NCBI GenBank assembly: GCA_947244325.1
Contig: CAMXJY010000004.1
Location: forward strand, 70,178-134,177
Length of the DNA stretch: 64,000 nt
Origin: an uncultured Clostridium sp.
Lineage (GTDB): Bacteria > Bacillota > Clostridia > TANB77 > CAG-508
Direction: 5' to 3'
Every line of letters begins with the position of its first letter. Within the stretch, counting starts at the first letter, position 1. This document shows positions 48,761 through 59,767 of the stretch, one piece after another. The notes below the pieces were generated by a model, which saw nothing but the letters and a program-made list of their open reading frames with translations, did not search any database and had not been told where the DNA came from. The position numbers were made by a program, and so were the translations under genes.

Positions 48761-51271
48761 TTTTCCATTAGTATACTCTTTTCCCTCAAATCTTTTTCCT
48801 TGTTTTACAGTATCTATTATATTTTGAATATCGTTTGGATTTTCATCTAAAATATCTATACGAGCAAAATCCATGTTGACATCATTTTTTACTACTGATA
48901 AAATTTTACTATTATACATTGTAGTTATTGTAAGCATATTATCTGGAATAATTCTGAACTCAAAATTCATTCTATCTTTTAAATAATAAATGTTTTCTAA
49001 TTTGCATTTTTTATCACACTTTTCATAACATTTGTTTGATTTTCCAAGATAACAATAGTTGTTAGTCATAACTGGTAATTTTCCATAAACAATAACTTCT
49101 GATTTTAAACTTGATTTACTTATTACATCATTTATTTCAAATTTATCTAACTCTGGTGAAACTGTAAAGTAGCTTAGTCCGTGTTCTTTTAAAGTTCTTA
49201 CAGAAAATTTGTTATAAATATTTAAAGTAAAGTTTCCTATTAATTCTAAATTATATTTTGATAGTTTTTCTATTTGTGAAATGTTAGAAACTACAAATCC
49301 TTTTATATTAAATTTAGAAATTATTATATCAAAGTTTATATTATTAATTTTTGAATCTCTTAAAACGCTTGGCATATATACATATGTATCAAATTTTGAT
49401 ATAAAATCTTTTATTAAATTTTCATATTTGAAATCTAAAAAATATTTTAATGGTATATATAACCTATCAATATTTTCTACTGTACTATAGTCATATTTTA
49501 AATTTAAAATATTAAGAAGTAGTGAAATTTTGTTTTCTTTTTCACCTGCACTATTAAAGTTAAAATTGTCATTTACTGTATCTAAATTTATATCATTTAA
49601 ACTTTTTTTTTCGATAAAACCATTATTTTCACTATCTATATTAATCTTTTGCTCAATATTATGAGTATTTTCTTTAATAACTAAATTTTCCAATCCTTGT
49701 AAAGCAGTTCTTCTAAGTTCATTAAGTACACTCTTTCGGACAAATAAATTATTTTCAAGTTCTACATCAATATTTGCAAATTCAAATTCTGTATTACCAG
49801 TTTTTGAAATTTGACCAGTAATTTGCTCGTTTGTTGCTGGATTATTTTGTGCCTCTTGTGGCTCTATATTAGATATTGCTGTAAATTCTAAACCTTTATA
49901 AAAGCCTTCTTTTGAACCAACTTTTAAAGAAATAGGCTGATTTCTTTTTATAACTATTTTTCCATATAATTTTACTTTTTTAAATTCTTTATCTTCTTTA
50001 AATGTTGGTGAAATGAATTTATTTAATTTTGCAGTTTCAATTCTATAAACTTTTGCACCTACTCCTATTTTTCCTTTCATTCTACCGATTTTAACTATAT
50101 TATCTTTTCCTAAACTTTCAAAATTTTTATTATCTATCATAAGTTCTGAAACTGTATAACTTTCATTATTAACTGATATCTTATCTCCAATAGATAATGT
50201 ATTTTCTAATTTTAATTTTAAGTGTCCTTTATTTTCATTTACATGAGATATTGTCCCAACATATATTCCCATATTATTAGGCTTGTCCTTAAAAATAAGT
50301 TCTTTATTTCCAGCAGGTTTAAAATGACCGGTAGAAAATCCACCTCTGTTAAAAACTTGCATTAATTCTTCTCTATCTGATAAACCTGTTTCTTCATTTA
50401 CTATATCTAAACCGTCTTGTATCATTTTTCTTAAAGTCTCATTATCAAGTTTGATATTATTTAAAACTAAATCAATATATTTTCTATAAATTCTTGTAAC
50501 TGTTCCAACATATGTAGGTGTTTTCATACGTCCTTCAATTTTAAAAGAATCCACTCCCATTTTTATTAATTCTGGTAATAGTTCAATAGCTAAATTATCA
50601 CGAGGGCTTAATAAATATCCTTTATCTAAAGATTTAACTTGTCCATTTTCTACATTTTTCTCCAAAAGCTCATATGGTAATCTGCAAGGTTGTGCACAAA
50701 GTCCACGATTTCCAGAACGACCACCAATCATACTAGATAATAAGCATTGTCCTGAATATGATATACAAAGAGCACCATGTATAAAAACTTCTAATTCTAT
50801 ATCAGTATTTTTTCTGATATATTCTATATCTTCTAATGAAAGTTCTCTTGACAAAACTACTCTTGAAAATCCTTTATTTTGTAATTGTTTAACTCCATCT
50901 AAATTATGAACTGTCATTTGTGTACTTGCATGCAATGGTATTTCTGGATAATTTTCTAGTAAATAGCTTGCTAATCCTAAGTCTTGTACTATAATCGCAT
51001 CTACTCCTAAATTATATGCATTAATAGCCAAATTTACTGCATCAGAAAACTCTTCATTTTTAATTAAAGTATTTAAAGTTAAATGTACTGTTACATTTCT
51101 TAATTTTGCATAGCGTATCGCTTGCATTAATTCTTCATTATCAAAATTAGTAGCTTTTGCTCTAGCATTAAAATTTCCTGCTCCTAAATATACTGAATTT
51201 GCTCCATTTTGAACTGCTGATTTTAAACATTCAAAATCTCCTACTGGAGATAATAATTCTGGACTTTTCAT
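48755..51271 (-). CDS. Peptidase U32 family protein (long, fused form)
   Basis: 838 aa. The N-terminus ELLSPVGDFECLKSAVQNGANSVYLG.. and the ..CISYSGQCLLSS..GRSGNRGLCAQPCR pattern are typical of U32. Confidence 0.85.
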   Translation of the reverse strand: MKSPELLSPVGDFECLKSAVQNGANSVYLGAGNFNARAKATNFDNEELMQAIRYAKLRNVTVHLTLNTLIKNEEFSDAVNLAINAYNLGVDAIIVQDLGLASYLLENYPEIPLHASTQMTVHNLDGVKQLQNKGFSRVVLSRELSLEDIEYIRKNTDIELEVFIHGALCISYSGQCLLSSMIGGRSGNRGLCAQPCRLPYELLEKNVENGQVKSLDKGYLLSPRDNLAIELLPELIKMGVDSFKIEGRMKTPTYVGTVTRIYRKYIDLVLNNIKLDNETLRKMIQDGLDIVNEETGLSDREELMQVFNRGGFSTGHFKPAGNKELIFKDKPNNMGIYVGTISHVNENKGHLKLKLENTLSIGDKISVNNESYTVSELMIDNKNFESLGKDNIVKIGRMKGKIGVGAKVYRIETAKLNKFISPTFKEDKEFKKVKLYGKIVIKRNQPISLKVGSKEGFYKGLEFTAISNIEPQEAQNNPATNEQITGQISKTGNTEFEFANIDVELENNLFVRKSVLNELRRTALQGLENLVIKENTHNIEQKINIDSENNGFIEKKSLNDINLDTVNDNFNFNSAGEKENKISLLLNILNLKYDYSTVENIDRLYIPLKYFLDFKYENLIKDFISKFDTYVYMPSVLRDSKINNINFDIIISKFNIKGFVVSNISQIEKLSKYNLELIGNFTLNIYNKFSVRTLKEHGLSYFTVSPELDKFEINDVISKSSLKSEVIVYGKLPVMTNNYCYLGKSNKCYEKCDKKCKLENIYYLKDRMNFEFRIIPDNMLTITTMYNSKILSVVKNDVNMDFARIDILDENPNDIQNIIDTVKQGKRFEGKEYTNGKF

Positions 51272-51280
51272 ATTTTCCCT

Positions 51281-52036
51281 CTATTTTTTACTTATATTAT
51301 TTATATCAACTACATTTGTATCTATATTAAAATTATCAAGTATTACATCTCCTGATTTATAATCTATTATTGTATAATCTTTCATATTTGGTAACTTAAT
51401 ATCATCTAAATTTGTAGTATTAAATTTTAATTCATAATTATATTTTAATAAACTTTGATTTCTATTTCTAAGTTCTGCTTTAACTGGATTTTTATTTTCT
51501 TTATCTATCCAAACAGTTTTACTTATTCCATTTTCACTTGTTTCTATCATATAACATTCTTGTTTATCTGGTTTAACTGATTTTATTTTAGTTTTCAAAT
51601 CACATGCTAATAAAAATCTTTGAAATACATTTTTATTATATCCTGGAATTACACTTGAAAACATATCACTTGATGCTAATGTAATTGAACTTTTTCTATC
51701 ATTAATATCTAAAACATAAATTTTCTTATTATCTTCATCTACTAAGTATGCATCTTTTCCATCTGCCCAGCTATATAAATTATTTGAAGTAATACATTTT
51801 CCAATTCCATCTTTATAAAATGTTTCTGTTTCAGAACCATTATTTCCATCAGTAAAAGTTGTTTTTAAATAATAATTATTTATTGCAATATTTTCATTTA
51901 TCTTTTTAAATATGCTTTGAATTATTGTAAATCTATATATTGCTACAATTCCTAATATAAATGCAATTATGATTAATATTAGTATAATAGCTTTTCCTAT
52001 TTTTTTACCCATTATTTTTCGTATAATCAATTCCAT
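51281..52036 (-). CDS. Hypothetical membrane-anchored protein
   Basis: 251 aa with an N-terminal TM (AIILILIIIAFILGIVAIY). No family recognised. Confidence 0.5.
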   Translation of the reverse strand: MELIIRKIMGKKIGKAIILILIIIAFILGIVAIYRFTIIQSIFKKINENIAINNYYLKTTFTDGNNGSETETFYKDGIGKCITSNNLYSWADGKDAYLVDEDNKKIYVLDINDRKSSITLASSDMFSSVIPGYNKNVFQRFLLACDLKTKIKSVKPDKQECYMIETSENGISKTVWIDKENKNPVKAELRNRNQSLLKYNYELKFNTTNLDDIKLPNMKDYTIIDYKSGDVILDNFNIDTNVVDINNISKK

Positions 52037-52122
52037 AAAATATTAATTTATTTTAATTGATTAATTCCTTTCTTCAAAATTTTAATCGAAAATTCTTAAA
52101 ATTCTATACTTTATATAACATT

Positions 52123-53715
52123 TTAAATCTTGTACAATAATATGTAAATTCCTACTACTTCTGATGTAAATCCATAATCATGTACAAGTGTATAACTAAA
52201 ATCTGAATCTGCTCTTACTATGTATGCATACGTATCATCTATTTTTTTCTCATTCACTATAAATCTTCCATAATTATCATTTTCGTCTCTTGTTTCATTA
52301 AACTCATATGGTGATATTGGATTAGCATATAAAGCATATATGTGTGGTCTTTCAGCTCCAGTACATATACAAACTTTTTTATCTTTTAGTTCTGTTCTAC
52401 CATTTACTTGTCTTATTGCTTCAATTAAATCCTTTTCAAAAAATTGTTGATGTTCGTAGTCTTTTGCATATTGTGTAAAATAGTAATAACTAAACATTGA
52501 AAAATTAATAATATACATTAATGCTATCATTACAAGTATAATTCTAGAAAATATTATTTCTATTTTTTTATTTTTTTCTGTGTTATTTTTTAGCTTAGTA
52601 TTTTGTCTTTGATATATAAAGTGTATACTTGAATAACAAAAAAATATTAAAGGAAAATATATTGCATTTGACTTAGATATATTTATATCTGCTATAAGTA
52701 ACATTGTACATGCTACTGCTACAAATAATAAAAATATAATCGAATTTGCTTTAAATTTCTTTTGTTTTATATTTTTTATTAATTCAAATGCTTCAATTAT
52801 CATTCCGCATACTGATAATATTATTGCAAAATTATATAATGTGCCAAACTCTGGAAGTGAATTAAAAGGCAAATCATCATATACAAAAACTTTATCTAAA
52901 GATTTTAAATTAGTAATTACATTTTTAAAACTAACTTCTGCTTCTCTATAATTTGGTAACTTAGGAATTGTTATTATCCAATTTATTTGATCTATAAATC
53001 CATTATTTACTAAAAGCATTAGCATTAAAGGAAGTGCAAAAATAAATATTGGTATTCCTAAAATAATTATGTTTTTGAAATTTATTTTCTTTACATATAA
53101 CATATATATTAAGCTAAGTAATAAAAATAGTGGAACTATTATATATGAAATAGCATACGTGTATAAAGTAACTCCAAAAGAAATTCCTGCTAAAATATAA
53201 TCATACCATTTTTGTGCTCTTAATAAGAAAAATAAAGAAATTATTAAACATGGAGCTAGTAAATTACAATCTAAGCCCCATCTTGATGACATTATATTCC
53301 AAGGATTTAAGCTCAAAATCAATGTAACTAATAAAGCAGATTTTTCTCCTATATTTTTTCTTATCATTAAATAGCAAGCTCCTATTGCTAAACAATTAAA
53401 TATAACTGCAGTTGCTCTTATAGAAGTCAAATTGAATCCAAATAATTTAATAAAAATACTTGTTACATATCCATATAAAACACTTTGACCACCACCAAAA
53501 TTAACAAAATAAACTGGTAATTTATTTAACGCTCTATCAACTCTAAAATTAGATATACAAAAAGCATCATATGCCATTCCTGCTTCATCGACATTCACTC
53601 CTGATGGTATGCTTGCTAATTTATATGTTCTTAAAAAAATTGCTATCATAAAAATAATTATAAAAGCTACTATATTTAATTTGTATTTTCTTATAATTTC
53701 TGTTACTTTTTCCAT
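52123..53715 (-). CDS. Glycosyltransferase family 39 (ArnT/PMT-like) membrane protein
   Basis: 530 aa, multi-TM. The N-terminus ..FLRTYKLASIPSGVNVDEAGMAYDAF.. is typical of PMT_2/GT39. Confidence 0.7.
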   Translation of the reverse strand: MEKVTEIIRKYKLNIVAFIIIFMIAIFLRTYKLASIPSGVNVDEAGMAYDAFCISNFRVDRALNKLPVYFVNFGGGQSVLYGYVTSIFIKLFGFNLTSIRATAVIFNCLAIGACYLMIRKNIGEKSALLVTLILSLNPWNIMSSRWGLDCNLLAPCLIISLFFLLRAQKWYDYILAGISFGVTLYTYAISYIIVPLFLLLSLIYMLYVKKINFKNIIILGIPIFIFALPLMLMLLVNNGFIDQINWIITIPKLPNYREAEVSFKNVITNLKSLDKVFVYDDLPFNSLPEFGTLYNFAIILSVCGMIIEAFELIKNIKQKKFKANSIIFLLFVAVACTMLLIADINISKSNAIYFPLIFFCYSSIHFIYQRQNTKLKNNTEKNKKIEIIFSRIILVMIALMYIINFSMFSYYYFTQYAKDYEHQQFFEKDLIEAIRQVNGRTELKDKKVCICTGAERPHIYALYANPISPYEFNETRDENDNYGRFIVNEKKIDDTYAYIVRADSDFSYTLVHDYGFTSEVVGIYILLYKI

Positions 53716-53837
53716 AATTACCTCTAAGTTATTATAAAAGCGACATACAATTTTTTCATATGTCGCATTTTTTTATTTATACATCTTACTCTTCTATTAA
53801 TGTTATGTGAAATATTGCTAATAAGAAATAATAAAAA

Positions 53838-55055
53838 TTATTTTTCTAATTTATGATATACTTTTTTACCTTTTCTTAAAATAGCATATCCCTCTTTAAA
53901 ATCATTTTCATTTAATTTATAAGAAACATCTTCTATTTTATTATCATTTAATGTAATTCCACCTTGAGCTATTAATGTTTTAGCTTGACCTTTAGAAGGT
54001 GCTATTCCTGTTTCAACTAATGCATCAAGTATAGAAATATTTACATCAGATATTTTTGTTGATGGCATATTTTCTATATTTCCACCATTTCCAAATAAAG
54101 CTTCTGCTGCTTCCTCAGCTTTTTTTGCCTCTTCTTCTCCATGAATTAATTTTGTTATTTCATATGCAGCAATTTTCTTTGCTTCATTTATTTTTTCATC
54201 TTTTAATGATGATAATCTATCTACTTCTTCATCAGGTAAAAATGTTAAAAGGCTTAATACTTTTCTAACTTCTGTATCACCAATATTTCTCCAATATTGA
54301 TAAAATTCGTATGGAGATGTTTTCTCCGAATTTAACCATAAAGCTCCTTTTGCTGTTTTTCCCATTTTTTTACCATCAGCTGTTGTAAGAAGTTTGAATG
54401 TTAATCCATAAGAATCTTCTGAACCAATTTTTCTTATTAATTCAACTCCCCCTATGATATTAGACCATTGATCATTTCCACCTATTTGCATTTTACAATC
54501 ATATTTATCATGTAAATATAGGAAATCATAACTTTGAAGTAAAAGATATCCCATTTCAAAGAATGTTAATCCTGATTCTAATCTGTTTTTATAACATTCT
54601 TGCGCTATCATTTTACTAATTGTAAATTTAGTTCCTATTTCTTTCATGAAATCTATATAATTTAATCCTAATAACCAATCAGCATTATTTACAATTATAG
54701 CTGCATTATCTCCTTCAAATGAAACAAATCTTTCTGCTTGTTTTTTTATTGCTTCAACATTGCTATCTAATTGTTCTCTTGTAAGCATTTGTCTCATATC
54801 AGTTCTTCCTGATGGATCTCCTATTGTAGCTGTTCCACCACCCATTAATATAATTGGTCTGTGTCCAGCTTTTTGCAAACGTGATGCAACCATTAATGCA
54901 ACAAAATGTCCTATATGCATACTGTTAGCTGTTGGATCTATTCCAATATAAAATCTAACACTTTCTTTTTGAAATAATTCTCTCATTTCTTTTTCATGTG
55001 TTAATTGTTCTATATAACCTCTATTTTCAAGTTCTTTTATTATATCTGTCATCAA
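53838..55055 (-). CDS. tyrS: Tyrosine--tRNA ligase
   Basis: 405 aa. It has the HIGH motif (SMHIGHF), the KMGKT (KMSKS) motif and a C-terminal S4 domain. Confidence 0.95.
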   Translation of the reverse strand: MMTDIIKELENRGYIEQLTHEKEMRELFQKESVRFYIGIDPTANSMHIGHFVALMVASRLQKAGHRPIILMGGGTATIGDPSGRTDMRQMLTREQLDSNVEAIKKQAERFVSFEGDNAAIIVNNADWLLGLNYIDFMKEIGTKFTISKMIAQECYKNRLESGLTFFEMGYLLLQSYDFLYLHDKYDCKMQIGGNDQWSNIIGGVELIRKIGSEDSYGLTFKLLTTADGKKMGKTAKGALWLNSEKTSPYEFYQYWRNIGDTEVRKVLSLLTFLPDEEVDRLSSLKDEKINEAKKIAAYEITKLIHGEEEAKKAEEAAEALFGNGGNIENMPSTKISDVNISILDALVETGIAPSKGQAKTLIAQGGITLNDNKIEDVSYKLNENDFKEGYAILRKGKKVYHKLEK

Positions 55056-55069
55056 TCTTCCCCCTAATA

Positions 55070-55357
55070 TTATAAGCTAATTTTTCCTTCTGAATATTGT
55101 CCATTTATATCACTAGCATTTACATCTGGAATGTTTATTCCATTGAATTCTTCATAGCCTAAATATCGATTTAAGTTTCTTGCACTTATTCCTGTTGATG
55201 CTGATATTTCCATTTTTGAAACACCATATACATAACTATCTGCAAAAAATCCTTTTAATTTACTTAAATCTGCTAAATCTTTTTTTTCACATTCATGGCA
55301 AACATCTACGTCTGAAGCATAAAATTTACCACAACGAGCACATCTTTTTAGTTCCAT
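55070..55357 (-). CDS. Small zinc-ribbon plus HTH protein (YvyF-like, TIGR03826-type)
   Basis: 95 aa. CxxC..CxxC (CARCGKF...CHEC) is followed by an HTH-like segment ISASTGISARNLNRYL. It ends 14 nt upstream of tyrS. Confidence 0.5.
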   Translation of the reverse strand: MELKRCARCGKFYASDVDVCHECEKKDLADLSKLKGFFADSYVYGVSKMEISASTGISARNLNRYLGYEEFNGINIPDVNASDINGQYSEGKISL

Positions 55358-55440
55358 AACATAGTCCTCCTAAACATTTTTTTACTTTGCGCATATTCTA
55401 TCATAACTTTACAAAAAAAGATATATTTTTTTAATATTTT

Positions 55441-56632
55441 TTATATAATCTTGATTTTAGCTTTCACACATATCTCTTTTATTTTTCTTAAAATCATTAC
55501 TATTAATAATGATGTTATAAAAGTTACTATTAATCCTACTACTAAGTATGCAATTTCAAGATAGAACTTTTCTATTTTCTCAAATTTATATAAATCTACT
55601 TTAGCAAGTATTAAATAGTGAATTAAATATATTCCAAAAGTTTTATCTCCAAGCCAAACTATAAATTTTCCTATTTTTTCGCTTTTAATCTCAAATGAGT
55701 AAATACATGAAAATAAACTTATAGCTGATATAATATTTAAAGATGTACATCTCCAATCCATAAAGTTTTCTCTTCCAACTATATCTGTAAGAGAATTTAA
55801 TACCATATATTGCATTTCAATTTTATATCTAATAAAGTTTACAATTACAAATGCTAAACCTGATAAAATAAATACTTTTTTATTATTTTTTATTTTATCT
55901 TTATGTATAAATAGTTCATATCCTAATAATACATATAATATTTCTCTATCTACTAATTCTAGAACTTTTATAGCTCCTACATTTGGAAGTACTACAAATC
56001 TTTGAATATCTGTTATTACACATGCAATTACTCCAAATGCAATAATTATTCTACGTGCAAGTTTTGAGTTTTTTTCCTCTTTACATACTAACCATAATAT
56101 TGGTATCCAAATTATTATTTTTACATAAGAATATATATACCATAAATGCGCACATAAAGTATTTATATGTGTTATATCTCCTGTTAAAGTGGTACGTACA
56201 ATTCCTACAAGATTTAAATTTGTTATTGCATTTTTTAAGCACCACATAATGTTTTCTTTATTTGTTATAAACATATAGAATATTTGTGCAAATAATATAT
56301 AAATAATTGATGGTATTAATACCTTAAAAAATGTACTTTTCCAAATTTTCTTATAACTACGTCCGATTAACTAAGAAAAATCCTGTAATCATAAAAAACA
56401 ATGGTACACCATCAGTTAAAAAACTTTTTTCTAACAATCTACTCCAATCAATTCTATTAAAACATTGATTTAATACTTGTAAGCATAAATGTGTTAATAT
56501 AACTATAAAACATGCTACTACTCTTATTAAGTCTACTGAAACATCTCTTTTATTTACTTTTTCTTCTTTTACAAGTATTTCTTTATCAAGCTTTTCTGAT
56601 TCCTGTACTTCTTCTCGTTCTTTTACTATCAT
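55441..56632 (-). CDS. Acyltransferase family 3 membrane protein, with a +1 frame break at in-frame CGG (56365..56363)
   Basis: Track ORFs 56357..56632 (N-terminus VDLIRVVACFIVILTH..DGVPLFFMITGFFLVN) and 55441..56274 are joined by an open +1 frame: AAT-CGG-ACG-TAG in frame 0 versus AAT-c-GGA-CGT-AGT-TAT-AAG (GRSYKKIWKSTFFKVLIPS..). Confidence 0.75.
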
Positions 56633-56688
56633 ACTGGTTAATCCCCTAAATATCTATTTACTAAAATTATTTTTCTAATGACATGACT

Positions 56689-57709
56689 TTATCTCAAATA
56701 AGTTTCTACTTTACCTTTTCCATTTTCAGAAGTAATTTTTAAAATTGCTCCATTTACTATTGCCATTTGTGGTGATACATGACCTATATCTGCATCACAA
56801 ATTATTGGTATATTTAAATCACCTAAAGCATCTTTTACAGTTTGATTAAAACTGATATCAAAATCTTCTCTTACCATTAATGGTCTACCAAATATAATTC
56901 CATTACAATATTTAAAATATCCTGCATTTTTCATTTGCCATAAGTATCTAAATATATCTGATGTTGCTTTTTCAAAGCATTCCATAAACCATATTGTTCC
57001 TTCTTCTTTATGCTTTTCAATATAGTTATTTATATTGTCATATTTCGTTCCAAAAAAACATTGTAAGCAATCTAAGCATCCGCCTAATGCTCTTCCTTGC
57101 ATAACTACTTTTTCTCCACCTACTATGTTTTTCCATTCAACTTTTTCTGTTAAATTATATGTTACATATGGGTTTTCTTCATCTGGATCCCAGTCTTTTT
57201 CATATAATTCAAAAGATTCTTGAATTACTTCTTTTCCGACTTTGAATTTCTAAAGCATCTGTTAAACTTTTATGCAATGGTCTCATTGCGTAATCTTTTA
57301 TAGTTTGAAAATATAAATTTGGAATTTCTAAAATAGTATTAAATAAAAAACTTATTCCAGTAATATCTGAATATCCTTGTAACCATTTAGGGTTCAATGT
57401 TTTTATTTTATCAAAATCTAAATAATCTAACATCTCACATAAGAAGTCTCCACCTGTAGCAAATATAATAGATTTAACTTTATCATTTTCTAAAAGTTCC
57501 ATAAATTCTTTTGCTCTTTGCTCTGCTGATGCACTTCTTCCTCTTTCACCTTTTCTAACACTAGCTGTTTCAATTACATCATATCCCATTGATTTTAATG
57601 TTTCTATAGCAGGTTCTAATCTTCTTATTTTATGTGGCTTCGTTATTCCACCTGAAGGAGCACATATTCCAATAGTATCTCCTTTTTTTAGGTTTTCTGG
57701 ATAATTCAT
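56689..57709 (-). CDS. ldcA: LD-carboxypeptidase (peptidase S66), with a +1 frame break at in-frame CGG (57238..57236)
   Basis: Track ORFs 57209..57709 (GDTIGICAPSG.., GYSDIT) and 56689..57102 (..DADIGHVSPQ..) are linked by the +1 frame: AGT-CGG-AAA-AGA in frame 0 versus AGT-c-GGA-AAA-GAA-GTA (GKEVIQESFELYEKDWD..). Confidence 0.8.
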
Positions 57710-57720
57710 ATTTCCTCCTC

Positions 57721-57749
57721 TTTAGACAAAACCTCCGTCCCCGTGTCTA
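57721..57749. repeat. REP-like element (F orientation)
   Basis: TTTAGACAAAACCTCCGTCCCCGTGTCTA, between ispG and the carboxypeptidase gene. Confidence 0.7.
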
Positions 57750-57760
57750 GGTTCCAATAT

Positions 57761-58813
57761 CTACATTTCTAAAATCTCTTTTTTTAATGTTGATACAATT
57801 TCTTCTTGTGGTACTTTTTTTATTATTTCGCCTTTTTTGAAAAGTAATCCTTCATTTTTTCCTCCAGCAATTCCTATATCAGCTTCTCTTGCTTCTCCTG
57901 GTCCGTTTACTGCACATCCCATTATTGCTACTGTAATATCTTTGTCTAAAGTTTGTAAAAAACTCTCCATTTCTTTTGCAATTGGAATCATATCATATTG
58001 TATTCTACCACAAGTAGGACATGCTACAAGTTTTGGACTATTTTTGTATAAATTACAATTTTTTAATATTTCTTTGCAAACTGGTATTTCTTCTATTGGG
58101 TCATCTGATAGTGATACTCTTATTGTATCTCCAATGCCTTCTCTTAGCATTACTCCTAATCCAATACTTGATTTTATTGTTCCGCTAAAACTTGTTCCTG
58201 CTTCAGTTATTCCTAAATGAAGAGGATATTTAAAAACTTCTGCTGCTTTTTCATATGCTTCTACACACATATCTAAGTTAGATGCTTTTAATGAAATTGC
58301 TATATCATAAAAATCTAATTTTTCTAGTATCTCCACATGTCTTTTAGCACTATCTATCATTGCATCACTACATGGTTTTCCATATTTATCTAAAAATTCT
58401 TTTTCTAAAGAACCTGCATTTATTCCTATTCTAATTGGAATTTTATTTTTCTTACAAGCTTCTACTACAGCTCTTGTTTTTTCTTCATCTCCAATATTTC
58501 CTGGATTGATTCTAACTTTATCTACTCCAGCCTCTATTGCAGCTAAAGCTATTTTATAATCAAAATGAATATCTGAAACAATTGGAATATGTATTTTTTC
58601 TTTTATTTGTTTAATAGCTTTTGCATCTTCAACATCTAAGCAAGCTACTCTTATTATTTCACAACCAGCTTTTTCTAATTTTAATATTTGTTCTACTGTT
58701 GCATCTACATCTTTAGTTTTTGTATTGCACATAGATTGTATAACAACTCTATCCTGTCCACCTATTTGAATATCTCTTACATATATCGGTCTTGTATCAG
58801 TTCTTTTATACAT
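57761..58813 (-). CDS. ispG: 4-hydroxy-3-methylbut-2-en-1-yl diphosphate synthase
   Basis: 350 aa. The pattern covers the N-terminal TIM barrel and the C-terminal [15 protein letters not shown] 4Fe-4S motif. Confidence 0.95.
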   Translation of the reverse strand: MYKRTDTRPIYVRDIQIGGQDRVVIQSMCNTKTKDVDATVEQILKLEKAGCEIIRVACLDVEDAKAIKQIKEKIHIPIVSDIHFDYKIALAAIEAGVDKVRINPGNIGDEEKTRAVVEACKKNKIPIRIGINAGSLEKEFLDKYGKPCSDAMIDSAKRHVEILEKLDFYDIAISLKASNLDMCVEAYEKAAEVFKYPLHLGITEAGTSFSGTIKSSIGLGVMLREGIGDTIRVSLSDDPIEEIPVCKEILKNCNLYKNSPKLVACPTCGRIQYDMIPIAKEMESFLQTLDKDITVAIMGCAVNGPGEAREADIGIAGGKNEGLLFKKGEIIKKVPQEEIVSTLKKEILEM

Positions 58814-58869
58814 ATTTTTCTCCTATTCTATTAAAAAATAATACTTTATTCTGCAATTTCTAATAGGTT

Positions 58870-59757
58870 TTAATCATCATTCAAATCCATTATAATATCT
58901 CTTTTTAATAATTTATTTTTTACTGTTCCTGTTCCTAAATAATTATTTTCATGATTATATATATTGTATAATCCATCTGTGTTTTCAAATGTTAACATTA
59001 CACCATTTAAAAATAATTCTTCTTTTCTTTTATTCAAAATAATTTTAGGTAAATCTTCAAAGATTTCTTCCATTTGAATCAAATTATTATTTAAAAATGA
59101 TACATTATCTTTGTTTTTTTCTAAAGTTTCAAAATCAATTGTATTTTCTATTTTGAATTTATCTACTAGTGTTCTTTTCAAAGCACTCATATGTCCTACT
59201 GTTCCAAGTTTTTCTGCTATATCTTCACATAAAACTCTTATGTACGTTCCTTTACTGCAACTTACTTCAAATTCAATTTCTAATTTTTCCTTATCTACAT
59301 TTAATAATTTTATATTATAAATTTCTATACTTCGAGGTTCTACTTTTACTTTTTCTCCTGCTCTTGCATATTCATAAAGTTTTTTTCCATTTACTTTAAT
59401 AGCAGAATATATTGGTGGAATCTGTTTTTGCTTTCCTAAAAAAGTATTTAAAACTTTTTCTACATTCTCTAAAACTTCTACATCTACTTTATTTTCTTCT
59501 ATAACATTTCCTTCTTTGTCTCCTGTATCAGTTTTTTTACCTAATTTCAATTTTGCAATATATGTTTTATCATGTTCTATTAGATATTTAGAAAGTTTTG
59601 TATAGTTTCCAATTAATACTGGCAAAACTCCTGTTGCCATTGGGTCTAAAGTTCCTGTATGTCCTGCTTTTTTTATATTTAATATTTTCTTTACTTTTGA
59701 TACAGTATCTTGTGAAGTAAAACCTTCTGGTTTATTTATAATTATAACTCCTTGCAT
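58870..59757 (-). CDS. truB: tRNA pseudouridine(55) synthase
   Basis: The motif GHTGTLDPMATGVL is present. The ATG at 59757 (MQGVIIINKP) has an AAGGAG RBS, so the track start at 59787 is unlikely. Confidence 0.9.
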   Translation of the reverse strand: MQGVIIINKPEGFTSQDTVSKVKKILNIKKAGHTGTLDPMATGVLPVLIGNYTKLSKYLIEHDKTYIAKLKLGKKTDTGDKEGNVIEENKVDVEVLENVEKVLNTFLGKQKQIPPIYSAIKVNGKKLYEYARAGEKVKVEPRSIEIYNIKLLNVDKEKLEIEFEVSCSKGTYIRVLCEDIAEKLGTVGHMSALKRTLVDKFKIENTIDFETLEKNKDNVSFLNNNLIQMEEIFEDLPKIILNKRKEELFLNGVMLTFENTDGLYNIYNHENNYLGTGTVKNKLLKRDIIMDLNDD

Positions 59758-59767
59758 AATCTCCTTC

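Noticed and set aside
55056-55440. T-box leader upstream of tyrS.
   Set aside because: Only 14 nt separate tyrS from the upstream small gene. The 83-nt spacer before that gene is too short and lacks specifier or T-box motifs.
165-59399. Plus-strand track ORFs lying antisense inside minus-strand genes. Examples: 165..410, 2198..2392, 3870..4091, 4228..4536, 8258..8692, 12570..12872, 28407..28754, 43890..44366, 45706..45948, 57837..58220, 59111..59399.
   Set aside because: Each is fully embedded antisense to a well-supported gene. They have low-complexity Leu/Phe/Ile/Ser-rich translations, no RBS and no recognisable family. These are typical shadow ORFs of AT-rich DNA.
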